A stretch of 64,000 nt of DNA from Acidobacteriota bacterium (GTDB taxonomy: Bacteria; Acidobacteriota; UBA890; WLXD01). Below the pieces are notes generated by a model. The model saw only the letters and a list, made by a program, of their open reading frames with translations. It did no database searches and was not told where the DNA came from. Of this stretch, positions 29,906 to 41,483 are shown one piece after another. Within the stretch, counting starts at the first letter, position 1. Each line of letters opens with the position of its first letter. The position numbers and the translations under genes are program-made. The DNA is taken from NCBI GenBank assembly GCA_965205505.1, contig CBDBHB010000009.1, positions 2,656,001 through 2,720,000 of the forward strand, read 5' to 3'.

Positions 29906-30184
29906 CTAGCAGACCGTGGTGAAAGTGTGGTGGATCTGGCGACAGGGTCTTGCGAAGTGCAGGCAAGGAGAGAGGAGGAGGCGATGGTTACGCCATCGTT
30001 GACGAGGAACGACGCAGCGTACGCGCGCAACCCCCTGTCGCCCGAAGGGTTACGGCGATTTGGGGCCAACTGCGGCGTTGGCCTTCCTCGACGATGGCTA
30101 GGGCATCGCCTGTGTCAGGCCGCCTTGCATCTGGCCCCAACTCGCCGTAACCAGACCCACCACACTTCCACTACGGCCTGCTAG
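29906..30184. mobile_element. 279-bp MITE-like element, class-3 ends
   Basis: Imperfect 34-bp TIR ctagcagaccgtggtgaaagtgtggtggatctgg; near-identical to 59359-59637; right CTAG holds the stop of the next gene. Confidence 0.88.
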
Positions 30185-30735
30185 AGCTTGGCCACCTTGC
30201 GTTTTTGCAAGTAGGCCAAGCGCAGCTGGTAGAGCACGTCTTCGAGGGCCTTGCTGGTGTCGTCGGAGCGCTCGCCTTCTGTGCTTTCCTGCAGCAAGCC
30301 CAAGACCTCGACGCGCAGGCGCGCCATGTCGAGATCTTCGACCATTTGACCGCTCTGTGGCTCCGGCATGGCCCCCAGAGCGAGAAGCCCGCCGACATAC
30401 TGCTCCTCGATGAACTTAAGCAATGCTTGGTCGTCGAGCTTGAGCCTCGACGCGGCTTTCTGCGTTGCGTCGCTGGCGCCCGTGGAGGCGACGTCCTCGA
30501 CCTCCGACGGCACAACGCTCGGAACAACCTCCGGGGCATCGTCGCTCGACGCCTCGGCGGCCTCGATCAAGTCCCCGCCGGGCTCGGGCGCAGCCGCGCC
30601 GGTGGGCGCGGTTGCCGGGTCGTCTGACGGTGGCGACGGAGCTTCATCGCGCAGGTTCCCGTCGCTATCGAACAACCGCCGGTCGGTGACCTTGATCTTC
30701 GGTCGCTCACCGTCTGGTACGTCAGGTTCGTTCAT
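30181..30735 (-). CDS. DUF1844-like protein
   Basis: KIKVTDRR N-terminus, ALGAM..P..G...DL..AR...L.LLQE.T.G.....E...L..L.L.Y. Confidence 0.7.
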   Translation of the reverse strand: MNEPDVPDGERPKIKVTDRRLFDSDGNLRDEAPSPPSDDPATAPTGAAAPEPGGDLIEAAEASSDDAPEVVPSVVPSEVEDVASTGASDATQKAASRLKLDDQALLKFIEEQYVGGLLALGAMPEPQSGQMVEDLDMARLRVEVLGLLQESTEGERSDDTSKALEDVLYQLRLAYLQKRKVAKL

Positions 30736-30745
30736 GGACACGAGT

Positions 30746-30770
30746 CTAGCAGGCCGTGGTGGAAGTGTGG
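30746..30770. repeat. Isolated class-3 terminal fragment
   Basis: ctagcaggccgtggtggaagtgtgg. Confidence 0.75.
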
Positions 30771-30821
30771 CGAGCAACGGCTCGGCGCGCGGTCGGCGCT
30801 TGCGAACCATAGACTGCGTCC

Positions 30822-31634
30822 ATGGTCGAAAGGGAAGATCGGCGCGAGGGCGAGCCGCATGACCGTTTGGCGGGCGAGGCTTTTTCCCGTTTGGTTGGCA
30901 TTATGCGCCGGCTGCGTGGTCCTGACGGGTGTCCGTGGGATCGTGAGCAGGATCTCTCCACCCTGCGGCGCTACACGCTCGAGGAGGCCTACGAGGTCGT
31001 GCAGGCGATCGACGACGGCGACGCCAGGGTGCTCAGCGCAGAGCTCGGGGATCTGTTGCTGCAGGTCGTGTTTCTGTCGCAGATCAGTGCGGAGGAGGGG
31101 AGCTTCACGGTCGTCGATGCTATCGAAGCGATCATCAGCAAGCTCGTGCGCCGCCACCCGCACGTGTTCGGCGACGTCCGAGCCGACGACGCGGCGGCGG
31201 TACTGCGCAACTGGGAGGCGATCAAGCACCAGGAGCGCGGTGCCGGATCGTTGCTCGACGACGTGCCGCGAGCGCTACCGGCTCTGGAGCGCGCCCAAAA
31301 GCTCGGAAAGCGGGCCGCGCAGATGGCGTTCGATTGGGCCTCAGAGGCGGATGTGGTCGACAAGGCGCGTCAGCAGCTCGATGAGCTGGCCTCTGCACTG
31401 GAGCACGACAACGCGCGCTGTGCCGAAGAGGAGCTCGGCGACCTGTTGCTGACGCTGGCCAGCCTCGCCCGTCATCTGGGGCACTCGGCGGAGGTCGCGC
31501 TCAACGATGCCAGCGGCAAGTTCGAACGTCGGTTTCGACAACTGGAAGCGGCTGTCGGCGATGAGCGAATTCGTACCACGCCCGACGAGCTGGAGGCTGA
31601 GTGGCGGCGTGTGAAGGAGGGCGAGGGCCACTAG
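30822..31634 (+). CDS. mazG: Nucleoside triphosphate pyrophosphohydrolase
   Basis: LRGPDGCPWDREQ, LEEAYE, ELGDLL, KLVRRHPHVF, second EELGDLL. Confidence 0.95.
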   Translation: MVEREDRREGEPHDRLAGEAFSRLVGIMRRLRGPDGCPWDREQDLSTLRRYTLEEAYEVVQAIDDGDARVLSAELGDLLLQVVFLSQISAEEGSFTVVDAIEAIISKLVRRHPHVFGDVRADDAAAVLRNWEAIKHQERGAGSLLDDVPRALPALERAQKLGKRAAQMAFDWASEADVVDKARQQLDELASALEHDNARCAEEELGDLLLTLASLARHLGHSAEVALNDASGKFERRFRQLEAAVGDERIRTTPDELEAEWRRVKEGEGH

Positions 31635-31644
31635 TGGCCCTCGC
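31621..31644. repeat. Perfect 24-bp palindrome centred on CTAG between convergent mazG and tatC
   Basis: gcgagggccactagtggccctcgc equals its own reverse complement. Confidence 0.85.
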
Positions 31645-32399
31645 TAACGCCCGGCGATCGCTGCCACCAACACGCCGACCAGGTACAACACCAGCAGCGG
31701 CACAGCCACCAGGAACTGACTCGCCCCGTCGGGTGGCGTCAGCATCGCTGCCAGGACGAAGGCTACCAGCACCGCATAGGGGAACCATCGCAGCAGCCCG
31801 CGTGCGTTCACCAGCCCAACGCGTGAGGCGCTCAAGATAATCAGCGGCAGCTGTGCCCCGAGTCCCATCGCTAGCAGAAGGCGCACGGTGAAACGCAGGA
31901 AATCGCGGATCGTGATGGCGTGTGTGAACTCCTTGCCGACGTCGAGCAGGTAATTCACGGCGAAGGGAATCAGGATGAAGTACGCGAAGCTGAGCCCGCC
32001 GAGGAACAGCGCGCAAGCGGTTAGCACGAAGGCCACGATGGTGACCGCGGAACGCAGTCGGATGCGCGGTGCCACGACCGCATAGAGCTGTAAAGCAAGT
32101 ATCGGCATCGCGAATACCAGGCCGCTCGACAACGAAACCGTGAAGTACAGCACGAACGGGTCGGTTAGCCCGGTGAACGTCAGTCGCGGATCTTGGCCGC
32201 GTACGGCGAGCGCGTCGATCAGCGGGCTGGCCAGGAACCGGAATATCTCGCGCGACCAGGTCCACGACAACGACGTGCCGATCGCCAACCCCAGGAGCGA
32301 CCAGACGGTAAGCTTGCGGGCACGTTCCAACCCCGCCAGCAGCGTCCGTAGCGGGGAGTCATCGTCCGTCTCAGGCTCGGTCGCGGATTCGGTTGTCAT
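31644..32399 (-). CDS. tatC: Twin-arginine translocase subunit TatC (divergent)
   Basis: Six TM helices, LTDPF..YF, FAYFILIP, AAMLTPPD..SQ...AVPL..LY. Confidence 0.88.
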   Translation of the reverse strand: MTTESATEPETDDDSPLRTLLAGLERARKLTVWSLLGLAIGTSLSWTWSREIFRFLASPLIDALAVRGQDPRLTFTGLTDPFVLYFTVSLSSGLVFAMPILALQLYAVVAPRIRLRSAVTIVAFVLTACALFLGGLSFAYFILIPFAVNYLLDVGKEFTHAITIRDFLRFTVRLLLAMGLGAQLPLIILSASRVGLVNARGLLRWFPYAVLVAFVLAAMLTPPDGASQFLVAVPLLVLYLVGVLVAAIAGR

Positions 32400-32504
32400 G
32401 GCTCGCCGGGAGTGGATGCGGGGGGTCGAATTCTAGCAGCCTGCGGTGCCGCTGCGGCATCGGTGAGGGCGCCGTCCGGTTGGCGCCGAGATCGGGGTAG
32501 GGCA

Positions 32505-33089
32505 ATGGCAAGACTCGAGCCGAGAGCACCGCATCACGAGTTCGGAACAGTCGAGGTGATCTGCGGCAGCATGTTCTCCGGCAAGAGCGAGGAGTTGATT
32601 CGCCGCCTCCGGCGGGCCCAGATCGCCAAACAGGTAGTGCAGGTTTTCAAGCCGCGCGTCGACGATCGTTTCGACAGCGATCACATCGTGTCGCACAACC
32701 AGCAGAAACTGCCGAGCGCCCGCGTCCGTGACTCCAAGGAGCTGTACGCGGGTGTGCGCGCCGACACTCAGGTAGTCGGCGTGGATGAGGCACAGTTCTT
32801 CGATGACGGGCTCGTCGAGGTCTGCCAACGCCTTGCCGCTGAGGAGCATCGCGTTATCGTGGCTGGGCTCGACAAGGATTACCGCGGTGAGCCCTTCGAG
32901 CCCATGCCGGCGTTGCTGGCGATTGCCGAGTACATCACCAAGACCCTCGCGATCTGCATGCAATGCGGCCGACCCGCCAACTTCTCGCAGCGGCTGACCG
33001 CCAGCAAGCAGCGCGTCGTGGTGGGTGCATCGGATGTGTACGAGGCTCGTTGCCGTCACTGCTTCGATCCGCACAACGACGCCTGCTAG
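32505..33089 (+). CDS. tdk: Thymidine kinase
   Basis: GSMFSGKSEELIRR, VDEAQF, AGLDKD, CxxC...YEARCRHC. Confidence 0.96.
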   Translation: MARLEPRAPHHEFGTVEVICGSMFSGKSEELIRRLRRAQIAKQVVQVFKPRVDDRFDSDHIVSHNQQKLPSARVRDSKELYAGVRADTQVVGVDEAQFFDDGLVEVCQRLAAEEHRVIVAGLDKDYRGEPFEPMPALLAIAEYITKTLAICMQCGRPANFSQRLTASKQRVVVGASDVYEARCRHCFDPHNDAC

Positions 33090-33163
33090 CAGGCAGTGGT
33101 GGAAGTGTGGTGGGCCTGGTTGCGGCGAGTTGGGGCCGGATGGAAGGCGGCCTGACGCGGGCG
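33086..33163. repeat. Truncated class-3 element on tdk stop codon
   Basis: Matches reverse complement of the right end of 59359-59637 over ~78 bp. Confidence 0.85.
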
Positions 33164-33366
33164 CCGCTCAGTCGCCGGAGCCGCTCCGCCATCGCTCGCC
33201 TCTTACCCGCACCCGGGCCCCGAACTCGACGGTAAGGGCTCCGTCTCGGTCCGTGCGGTACACCGCCGTGCGATGTGCTCTCAGTCGTGTTGACCTGACC
33301 CCACGGTTAGTACCACGTCTTATCTCAGTAACTCGGTGCTTGACCCCACCCCGAAATCAGTACCAG

Positions 33367-34221
33367 TCAGAGGTTTAGGATTCGGTGTTCCGAAGCCTCC
33401 GGTTGCCAGCCCCTGGCGAACTCCGTAGGAGTTCGATCGTTCAGTGAGCTGTGTGGTCTGTGGGTATTGTAATCAAGCCTCCAAGCCTCCAGTTTTCGGC
33501 GCGCGTCATCGATCGAGAAGAACAGGTTGGCGTTGAGGCATTCGTCGCGAAGCCGTCCGTTGAAACTCTCGATGAACGCATTCTCCACGGGCTTTCCCGG
33601 CCGAATGAACTCCAACTGCACGCCTCTTCGGTACGCCCAGGAGTCCATCGCCTGGGAGTAGAATTCTGAGCCATTGTCGACGGTGATGACCCGTGGCAAC
33701 GGCCCGGCAAACGACAGCCGCTCGAGTGCTCCAGCCACCGCCTTGCCGGTCATCGACACGCCCGGCTCAAGTAACGGACATTCACGGCTAAACTGATCGA
33801 CCACCGTCAGCACCCGAAACGGCCGGCCACTCTCGAGCCGATCGGTCACGAAGTCCATGCTCCAGCGCTCGTTGGGCCGCTCTGCGGGCGGCAGCACAAG
33901 CCGTATGTGACTCGCCCGCTTGCGCCGTCGCTTTTTGGTCCGTACCTCCAGCCCCTCCTCTCGATAGATCCGATACACGCGCTTCTGGTTCACTACCCAT
34001 CCCTCGCGGCGTAGCAACACGCACAACCTCCGATACCCGAACCGCGGACGCGCCGCGGCGAGCTCGCCAAGACGACGCCGCAGCACGGGGTCGTCCGTCC
34101 TTGTGCTCTGATACCGATGGCTGGTGCGCGACAACTCGATCAGCCGACACGCTCGACGCTCACTGACACGGAACCCGTCCTGCAGGTACCGCACCACCTC
34201 GCGCTTGCGCGCCGGCTTCAC
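33367..34221 (-). CDS. IS3 transposase OrfB (DDE integrase core)
   Basis: [38 protein letters not shown]; A6G -1 frameshift motif at 34224-34230. Confidence 0.94.
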   Translation of the reverse strand: MKPARKREVVRYLQDGFRVSERRACRLIELSRTSHRYQSTRTDDPVLRRRLGELAAARPRFGYRRLCVLLRREGWVVNQKRVYRIYREEGLEVRTKKRRRKRASHIRLVLPPAERPNERWSMDFVTDRLESGRPFRVLTVVDQFSRECPLLEPGVSMTGKAVAGALERLSFAGPLPRVITVDNGSEFYSQAMDSWAYRRGVQLEFIRPGKPVENAFIESFNGRLRDECLNANLFFSIDDARRKLEAWRLDYNTHRPHSSLNDRTPTEFARGWQPEASEHRILNL

Positions 34222-34484
34222 ACCTTTTTTGACAGCACCTCCTGGAGCATGTGCTTGTCCAAGCTCAGATCTGCCACCAGCTGCTTCAACTTCCGGTTCT
34301 CATGGCGGAGTTGTCGTAGCTCCCGAAGTTCGGCCACGCCCATCCCGGCGAACTTGCGGCGCCACGTGTAGAACGTCTGCTCGCTGACGCCCAGCTTGTG
34401 ACACACCTCCTTGATCGGCGTGCCCGCCTCAGCCTGCCGCAGCGCGTAGGCGATCTGCTCGTCCGTGTACCTCTTCCGCTTCAT
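34218..34484 (-). CDS. IS3 transposase OrfA (HTH)
   Basis: [11 protein letters not shown]...[15 protein letters not shown]...[14 protein letters not shown]. Confidence 0.93.
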   Translation of the reverse strand: MKRKRYTDEQIAYALRQAEAGTPIKEVCHKLGVSEQTFYTWRRKFAGMGVAELRELRQLRHENRKLKQLVADLSLDKHMLQEVLSKKV

Positions 34485-36784
34485 CTGTCCTCCTGCTTGG
34501 AGGACGACGGTACACCGATTTCCTAAACATCAACCTGGCACCGTTTTCGGGGTTTGGGTCATGTGAGCACGCTGGAACGCGGCAGTGACCAGGGGTTGGT
34601 AGCACCTACCGACACCACCGCGTGGCGCGGCCGCAGGCGACTCAGGAGACTGTCTGAGGTGGCGCTGGCGCTGCCGTGATGTCCGACCTTCAGAAACGCG
34701 CCTGCCATTCGCGTAAGGTCCCAGTGTCGCTCCGCTGTCGTACCGGCGTCGCCGGTGAGCAGCATTTGCTTGGTGCCGCAGGTAGCTACAAGAACCAACG
34801 AAGCCTCGTTGTTCACCTCACGGGCCCCGGCTCGCAGTTCGTTACCTGGCGCCGGGAGGCTGCGCCAGCGGCAGCCGGCGATCGTTCGCTCGACCGCGGT
34901 GGGCGTGAGCATGACGGTGCGGCGCGCTCGAGCCAGCTCGTATAGGCGGGCTGCTGTCTCGGACCCGGCCGGGGTTGCGCCTTGCCACAGCTCACTGACT
35001 CGAAAGTGGCGCAGAATCGTCGACACTCCGCCCATATGGTCGGCGTGATCGTGGGTGATCGCTACCACTTCGATGCGTTCGATGCCAGTCGACGCAATTC
35101 CGGCTCGACAATGCGGTAGCCGGTGTCGTAATCGATGCCCGGGTAGCCGCCAGCATCGACCAGCACCGCCCCGTCGGCCGAAACCAGCAGCAGGGCGTCG
35201 CCTTGTCCCACATCAAGGGCGAGCAGGCGTGGATACACTGGCTGCTGCGGGGATCGGAGTGCGAGACCGATTGCGACGACCATCGATAACAGGCCCGCGA
35301 TGAGCAGCCGACCACGCGCGCGTACGACGACGATCATGCCGAGACCGTACAAAACCGCTGATGCGGCGCTGGCCGAAGCGAGGGCGACCGGACCGATTCC
35401 CAGGGAGGCAGGAGCTCGCGAACACGCGAGCACGACGTCGAGCATCGCTTCGGCACCGGCCGCCAGGCCGCCCGGAAGCGCCGGCAGCCCGGCTGCCGCG
35501 GCGATCAGCGCGACCACCGCGAGCACCAGGGCAGCAGAGACGGCCGGGATGGCGACCACGTTGAGCAGCAGTCCGGCGACCGGGACCGCACCTGTCTGCG
35601 TCGCCAGCAAGGGCGCCACCGCGCTGCTAGCCACCAGGCTGGTGCCGAACATGCGGACGAGTAGCATCTCGCCACGGTGGGCCGCCAGTACGATCGCTGC
35701 GGTGGCGGCAACACTCAGTTGGAAGCCGAACTGCTCCAGTGCGACGGGCTCGACGGCGACAATCACCAGGATGGCGAAGCCGAGCGCGTCGGTCGACGCC
35801 ACCCGTCGCCCAGTCAGGCGACCTGCGAGCAGGCACGTGACCATCGTTGCGGCGCGCCGGATCGGCGCCCGCGGCTCTACCAACGATACGAGGAGCAGGG
35901 CAGCGCAGAGCCCCGCGCACCAACTCGCCCGCGGCGAGCGGCCCAGCACGCGCAGGGCGGCCGTCGGTGCCATCGCGAGCAGCCCGACGTGCAACCCGGA
36001 TATGGCTAGCAGATGGATCAGGCCGCTACGCGTCATGTCTTGCAGCAGGCTCTCATCGAGATCGCGTCGTTCACCGAGCAGCAGGGCGCGCACGAGATTC
36101 GGGTGGCGCCGGAAGGTCGCGGCGATTTGCGCGCGGACGAAATCGCGAGCTCGTCCTGGAAGGGTCGCTAGGTACGTCGCCGGCGGTGCCCGCATCCGCA
36201 CCTGGCCGTAGCTCTTCAATCGCGCGCGTAGGTCAATGCCACGCAGTCGTAGCCGGTCGATCGTCGCGCGTGCCGGGTTCGCCGGTGGTCGGTCGGGTTG
36301 CAGTCGAAGCCAGGCTTCCAATCGTGTTCCGGAGTACCAGTTAGGTCGCGGCGGGGCTTCGGGGATCTGCAGCTCGACTCGTCCTTGAAGCAACTGCCAC
36401 CGCTGCTGTAGCCATACGCGATCCACATCGACGGTCACCGTCGATCCGCGCGCCACCGCCGTCGGCTCACGTACGACGTGGCCTTGGATTCTCCAAGGGC
36501 CATCTAGGCCGCCGTCATGCTCGGCCAGGAAGCGCAGAGAGCTAGGCCGGGAGGCGCTACTGCCGGCGACCCCTCCCATTAGCGTGGCGGCGACAAGGAC
36601 GGCGAAGGCACCCTGCGGCCGTCTGACGCGACCTGCCGCGACCCAGAGCAGAAGACTGGCGAGTACCGAGGCGGCGCTCGACCACGGAACGCTCTCGAGT
36701 TGGCCTGGAGCAACGGCGCTGGCCCAGGCGCTGGCGCCGCTCCATGTAACCACCACCGCCACACGAGCAGGGGCAGACCAGCGG

Positions 36785-37363
36785 TCACACGGTCCAGGGA
36801 CTAAAGCGTGGCAATCGGAGGGTGGGCAGCCCGCTCCGGGCCTCGGCGGTGTTGCGGAACGTGGCCTCGATAGTATTGGCTCGACGGTCGAGCTCGGTGG
36901 CTCCGAGGGCGCCGGCTTCAACTGCCAAACGATCGAGAGCGGTTGCCGCAATCTGCAGCGCTTCGGCAAGCTCCGGCGTGGTCTCGATGGCCGCACGGCA
37001 GGTAGTGGCGACCCGTTCGAGGTGCTCGACGGCCGGATCCCCGTCGCCACCCGTATCGGCGCCCGGAAGTATCCCGAGCCGACTCTGCTCCTCCCATGCC
37101 GCCTCGACCTGCTGCCTGCAGTATGACAGTGAGTTCACCTTCCTTCTCGACGAGGCGCTCGCGTCGAAGCGGTCGAACGCGCCATTGATGCCTCGCAGCA
37201 CCGTATCCAGCGGGATGCCGCGATCGTACCAGCGCTCGACGACCTGCCAGTCGCGCGGCGACAGCAGCAGCGGACCGTCGCGGCGTATGCCGAAGTGCCG
37301 CTCGATCTGTCGGAAGTAGTCGTTGCGACGTGCCTCGTCGTCGGTCTCGTGCTGGTCGCTCAT
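36785..37363 (-). CDS. Hypothetical protein
   Basis: Coding-like composition; motif YF..IE..F...R....LLSPRDW..VE.W...GIPL; stop overlaps the probable comEC start. Confidence 0.7.
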   Translation of the reverse strand: MSDQHETDDEARRNDYFRQIERHFGIRRDGPLLLSPRDWQVVERWYDRGIPLDTVLRGINGAFDRFDASASSRRKVNSLSYCRQQVEAAWEEQSRLGILPGADTGGDGDPAVEHLERVATTCRAAIETTPELAEALQIAATALDRLAVEAGALGATELDRRANTIEATFRNTAEARSGLPTLRLPRFSPWTV

Positions 37364-37583
37364 CGTGTCGGTCGCTCACGCAGACTGGAGACGGTCGTCG
37401 GTTGCCGTGATCTGCTGCGGCAGCCGAACGTTCCGCCACCGACACGGCAAGCGCAAGTCCGAAAGCGTCGCCGGGTATGCGCCACGAAGCGGTGGCGGCA
37501 GGCTGCAGCCTGGTAGTATCGATCTCTTGTCCGTCGGGCGAAATAGAATCGCGCAAAGGGTCTGTTCGGAGGCATGCGGGGAA

Positions 37584-40403
37584 ATGGGGGTGGAAGCCAC
37601 GGTGGGCACGTCCGCGGCGGCAGCGAGTGAACCGATCGTCGTTCGAGGGGCGCGCGTCCACAATCTGCAGAACATCGACGTAGAGATTCCGGCCGGCAGC
37701 CTGGTAGTGGTCACAGGCGTGTCCGGCTCCGGTAAGTCGAGCCTCGCCTTCGACACCGTTTACGCCGAGGGCCAGCGACGGTATGTGGAGTCGCTATCCG
37801 CCTACGCGCGCCAGTTTCTCGAGCGCATGGACAAGCCGTTGGTTGACGAAGTTCGTGGCGTATGTCCGGCCATCGCCATCCAGCAAAGGGTGCCACCGCG
37901 CAACTCTCGCTCAACCGTAGGTACGGTCACTGAGATCCAGGACTACCTGCGGCTGCTGTATGCGCGTGCCGGGACGACGATCTGCCCAAGCTGCGGCACC
38001 GCGGTGCGCGCCGACGCGCCCGGAGAGGTCGCCGCGCGGCTGCTCGACGAGCACGCGGAGGAGCGTGCGTTGATAGCCTATCCGCGTCCGTTGCCTCGAG
38101 ATGACGTATCACGACTCGGGCTCCTTCAGCACCTGCTCAAGTCGGGTTTCCGGCGCCTCTTGACCGACGGTGCGGTGTGCGAGCTGACCCCATCCCAGCT
38201 CGCGGAGTTGACTTCGACGTTGCGCGGCGACGAGGTCGACGTAATCGTCGACCGACTGCGTCTACGTCAGCGGTCGCGCGAGCGCCTGCTCGACTCGATA
38301 GGGGTCGCCTTTCGCGAGGGCGAGGGCCGAGCGCGGGTTTGGATCCAGCTTGATGACGGGCTGGAGCTGCGCTCGTTCGACGATCGCTACCGGTGCGCGG
38401 ACTGCGATCGCGACTTCCTTCGGCCGGAGCCGCGGTTGTTCTCATTCAACAATCCGTACGGCGCCTGCCCTGAGTGCAAGGGGTTCGGCAGCATCATCGA
38501 GATCGATCTTGAGAAGGTCATTCCCGATCGCCGCAGGAGCCTCGCCGACGGAGCCGTAGAACCGTGGAACAAGGAGAGTAGACATCGCATCCGAAGTTCG
38601 ATGCGTGCGTTCGCTGCCAAGCGTGGCATTCCGCTCGATGTCGCTTGGGCAGATCTCGAGCCCGAACAACGTGACGCGATTCTCGACGGCGGTGATGGCT
38701 TTGTCGGAGTGCACGGGTTTTTCGCCGGACTTCGGAAGAAGCAGCACAAGCTCCACGTCCGCGTTCTACTGGCGCGCTATCGCGGCTACGTTGGCTGCCC
38801 GGCGTGCCAGGGTACGCGTCTTCGCAGCGATGCCCACGCCGTTCGTATCGACCGCCGCACCTTGCCCGAGGTCTCCTGTCTGAGCATCGGTGAGATCGCG
38901 GCGTTTTTCGACGATCTGGAACAGCCGGCGCATGTCGCGGTGGTGGTCGATCAGGTGCTCCGAGAGATCCGGGCGCGGCTCCGCTACCTGATCGAAGTGG
39001 GCCTCGAGTACCTCACTCTCGACCGCCTCACCGGTACCCTGTCGGGCGGAGAGGCGCAGCGCATAAGCCTGGCAACCTGTCTCGGCTCGATGCTGGTGGG
39101 GTCTATGTATGTGCTCGACGAGCCTAGCGTCGGACTACATCCGCGCGACAACGAGCGGCTGATCTCGATCCTCGAACGTCTCCGAGATCTCGGCAATACC
39201 GTCTTGGTGGTCGAGCACGACCGCCAGATGATCGAGGGTGCCGATTACTTGATCGATATGGGCCCCGGGGCCGGAGTTCTCGGTGGCCGCGTAGTGTTCG
39301 CCGGCGCGCCCAGTAAGATCCACGACGCCACCGAGTCGGTTACTTCAGCGTACCTTTCGGGCCAGCGCAGAGTCCCGATGCCGGCGCTGCGCCGTCCGCG
39401 CGTTCAAGAGCTACGGGTGATCGGAGCGCGGCAGCACAACCTCAAGAACATCGACGTTACGTTCCCTCTCGGCGTGCTTTGCTGCGTTACCGGCGTCTCG
39501 GGGTCGGGCAAGAGCACGCTTATTCACGACGTCCTCCACGCCGGCTTGCTTCGACGCCTGGGTCAGTGGAACGGAGCGGTGGGCGATCACGACGATATCG
39601 AAGGGGCGGGGTTGATCCGTCAGGCGGTGTTGGTTGACCAAGCGCCGATCGGTCGAAGCGCAAGATCGAACCCGGTGACCTATGTAAAGGCGTTCGACCC
39701 TATCCGAAAGCGCTTTGCGGCGACGCGCGAGGCGCTCGCCCGTGGTTACGGCCCTGGGCACTTCTCGTTCAACGTCGCCGGGGGGCGTTGCGAGGTGTGT
39801 GAAGGCGCCGGCCAGATCCTTGTGGAGATGCAGTTCCTTCCTGACGTCAACTTGCCTTGCGAGGAGTGCGGCGGCAGTCGATTCCGGCGCGAAACGCTGG
39901 ATATTCGCGTGCGTGGTAAGAATATCTACGACGTGCTCCAGCTGACTGTCGGAGAGGCGCGTCGGTTCTTCGCGGATCTGCCCAAGGCGGAGTCGCGGCT
40001 GAAGGCGCTGGAGGACGTCGGTCTCGGCTACCTCCGACTGGGGCAACCTTCCAGCACGTTGTCGGCGGGCGAGGCGCAGCGCGTCAAGCTAGCGTCACAT
40101 CTGCTCCAGGGTGGCGGCAAGGGAATGCTCTACCTGTTCGATGAACCCACCACCGGGCTGCACTTCGACGATATCGTCAAGCTCCTGTTTGCCTTGAACC
40201 GGCTGATCGACACCGGCGCCTCGGTCATCGTAATCGAGCACAACCTCGACCTCATCAAAGCGGCCGACTGGGTGATCGATCTTGGCCCCGAGGGCGGTGA
40301 TGGGGGCGGCTCGCTGGTAGCGGCGGGTACACCCGAAGAGGTTGCTGTCTGCACCGGATCGCACACCGCCCGCTACCTACGTGAAGTTGTTGACGATGAC
40401 TAG
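37584..40403 (+). CDS. uvrA: Excinuclease ABC subunit A
   Basis: GARVHNL, two GVSGSGKS Walker A motifs, [12 protein letters not shown], zinc fingers, LSGGEAQR; start approximate. Confidence 0.96.
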   Translation: MGVEATVGTSAAAASEPIVVRGARVHNLQNIDVEIPAGSLVVVTGVSGSGKSSLAFDTVYAEGQRRYVESLSAYARQFLERMDKPLVDEVRGVCPAIAIQQRVPPRNSRSTVGTVTEIQDYLRLLYARAGTTICPSCGTAVRADAPGEVAARLLDEHAEERALIAYPRPLPRDDVSRLGLLQHLLKSGFRRLLTDGAVCELTPSQLAELTSTLRGDEVDVIVDRLRLRQRSRERLLDSIGVAFREGEGRARVWIQLDDGLELRSFDDRYRCADCDRDFLRPEPRLFSFNNPYGACPECKGFGSIIEIDLEKVIPDRRRSLADGAVEPWNKESRHRIRSSMRAFAAKRGIPLDVAWADLEPEQRDAILDGGDGFVGVHGFFAGLRKKQHKLHVRVLLARYRGYVGCPACQGTRLRSDAHAVRIDRRTLPEVSCLSIGEIAAFFDDLEQPAHVAVVVDQVLREIRARLRYLIEVGLEYLTLDRLTGTLSGGEAQRISLATCLGSMLVGSMYVLDEPSVGLHPRDNERLISILERLRDLGNTVLVVEHDRQMIEGADYLIDMGPGAGVLGGRVVFAGAPSKIHDATESVTSAYLSGQRRVPMPALRRPRVQELRVIGARQHNLKNIDVTFPLGVLCCVTGVSGSGKSTLIHDVLHAGLLRRLGQWNGAVGDHDDIEGAGLIRQAVLVDQAPIGRSARSNPVTYVKAFDPIRKRFAATREALARGYGPGHFSFNVAGGRCEVCEGAGQILVEMQFLPDVNLPCEECGGSRFRRETLDIRVRGKNIYDVLQLTVGEARRFFADLPKAESRLKALEDVGLGYLRLGQPSSTLSAGEAQRVKLASHLLQGGGKGMLYLFDEPTTGLHFDDIVKLLFALNRLIDTGASVIVIEHNLDLIKAADWVIDLGPEGGDGGGSLVAAGTPEEVAVCTGSHTARYLREVVDDD

Positions 40404-40409
40404 CGTTCC

Positions 40410-41447
40410 ATGACCGCGCCGCTTATCGATCTGCGCAGCGACACGGTGACGCAGCCCACGAATGCCATGCGCCAAGCCATGGCGTCGGCCGAAGTCGGTG
40501 ACGATGTCTACGGTGAGGATCCCACCGTCGAGCGCCTGCAGGAGGTCGGCTCCGAGCTGCTCGGCAAGCCGGCGAGCCTGTTCATGCCCACCGGCATGAT
40601 GGCCAACCAGGTGGCGGCGCATCTGCAGGCGCGACCGGGTGACGAGGTGCTGATCGAGGCATCGGGCCATGGGCACGACTGGGAGCTCGGCGCGACAGCG
40701 GTGCTCTCGGGCCTGCAGCTACGCGCTGTCGCCGGCGAGGCAGGTGTGCTGCACCCACGCCACGTAGAGGCCCACTTGATGTCGCGCCCGTACTATCAAT
40801 CGCGCTGCGCGCTGATCGTGCTCGAAAACACACATAACATGGCCGGCGGGAAGGTGTACCCACTCGAGATCGCCCGCCAGGTGGTCGCGGTGTGTCGGGA
40901 GCGGGGTTTGCGCGCCCATCTTGACGGGGCGCGCTTGTTCAACGCGGCGGTGGCCACCGAACGACCCGCGGCGGACCTGGCGGCAGATTTCGACACGGTT
41001 ATGGTGTCGCTGTCGAAGGGCCTGTCGGCCCCGGTGGGCTCGTTGCTCGCAGGGGGCGCTGATTTCATTCGCGAGGCACGGCGCGTACGCAAGATGTTCG
41101 GTGGCGGTATGCGCCAAGTCGGGGTGGTGGCCGCAGCGGCGCTTGTGGCGTTGGAATCCGGCGTCGATCGATTGGCCGAGGATCACGCAAGCGCTCGTCG
41201 TCTGGCGGACGGCCTGCTGCAGACCGGGTGCGTCTCGTTGACGTTTGGTCATGTCGACACCAACATCGTGGTCTTTGATGTCGATGGCATGACCGCGCCT
41301 GCTTTCTGTCGTGCGGCGCGGGACAGAGGCGTGCTCTGCACGCCAACCGCTGCCGGTGCGGTGCGGCTGGTTACTCACCGGCACATTACGACGCCGGACG
41401 TCGACGAAGCTCTGGCGCGGGTACTGCCGCTGGTGGAGAGCGCGTAG
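40410..41447 (+). CDS. ltaE: Low-specificity L-threonine aldolase
   Basis: [46 protein letters not shown]. Confidence 0.93.
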   Translation: MTAPLIDLRSDTVTQPTNAMRQAMASAEVGDDVYGEDPTVERLQEVGSELLGKPASLFMPTGMMANQVAAHLQARPGDEVLIEASGHGHDWELGATAVLSGLQLRAVAGEAGVLHPRHVEAHLMSRPYYQSRCALIVLENTHNMAGGKVYPLEIARQVVAVCRERGLRAHLDGARLFNAAVATERPAADLAADFDTVMVSLSKGLSAPVGSLLAGGADFIREARRVRKMFGGGMRQVGVVAAAALVALESGVDRLAEDHASARRLADGLLQTGCVSLTFGHVDTNIVVFDVDGMTAPAFCRAARDRGVLCTPTAAGAVRLVTHRHITTPDVDEALARVLPLVESA

Positions 41448-41483
41448 CTACTGGAAGTGTGACAGGCCTGGCGGCGTGTGCCG

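Larger units (their letters stand above)
33291..34561 (-). mobile_element. IS3-family insertion sequence with an extra outer end
   Basis: TG...CA ends; IR at 33341 (tgaccccaccccgaaatcagtaccag) pairs with 34561 end (tgacccaaaccccgaaaacggtgccag). A second IR-like end lies at 33291; TGT direct repeat at 33288-33290 and 34562-34564. Confidence 0.9.
33168..36788 (-). pseudogene. comEC: ComEC/Rec2 DNA-uptake protein, split by IS3 near its 3' end and frameshifted at ~35085
   Basis: ALLLGER, GLIHLLAISGLHVG, DVGQGD, THDHADH, TGD, KVGHHGS. The C-terminus (RL...VYRTDRDGALT) resumes at 33290-33168 beyond the IS; start uncertain. Confidence 0.88.
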
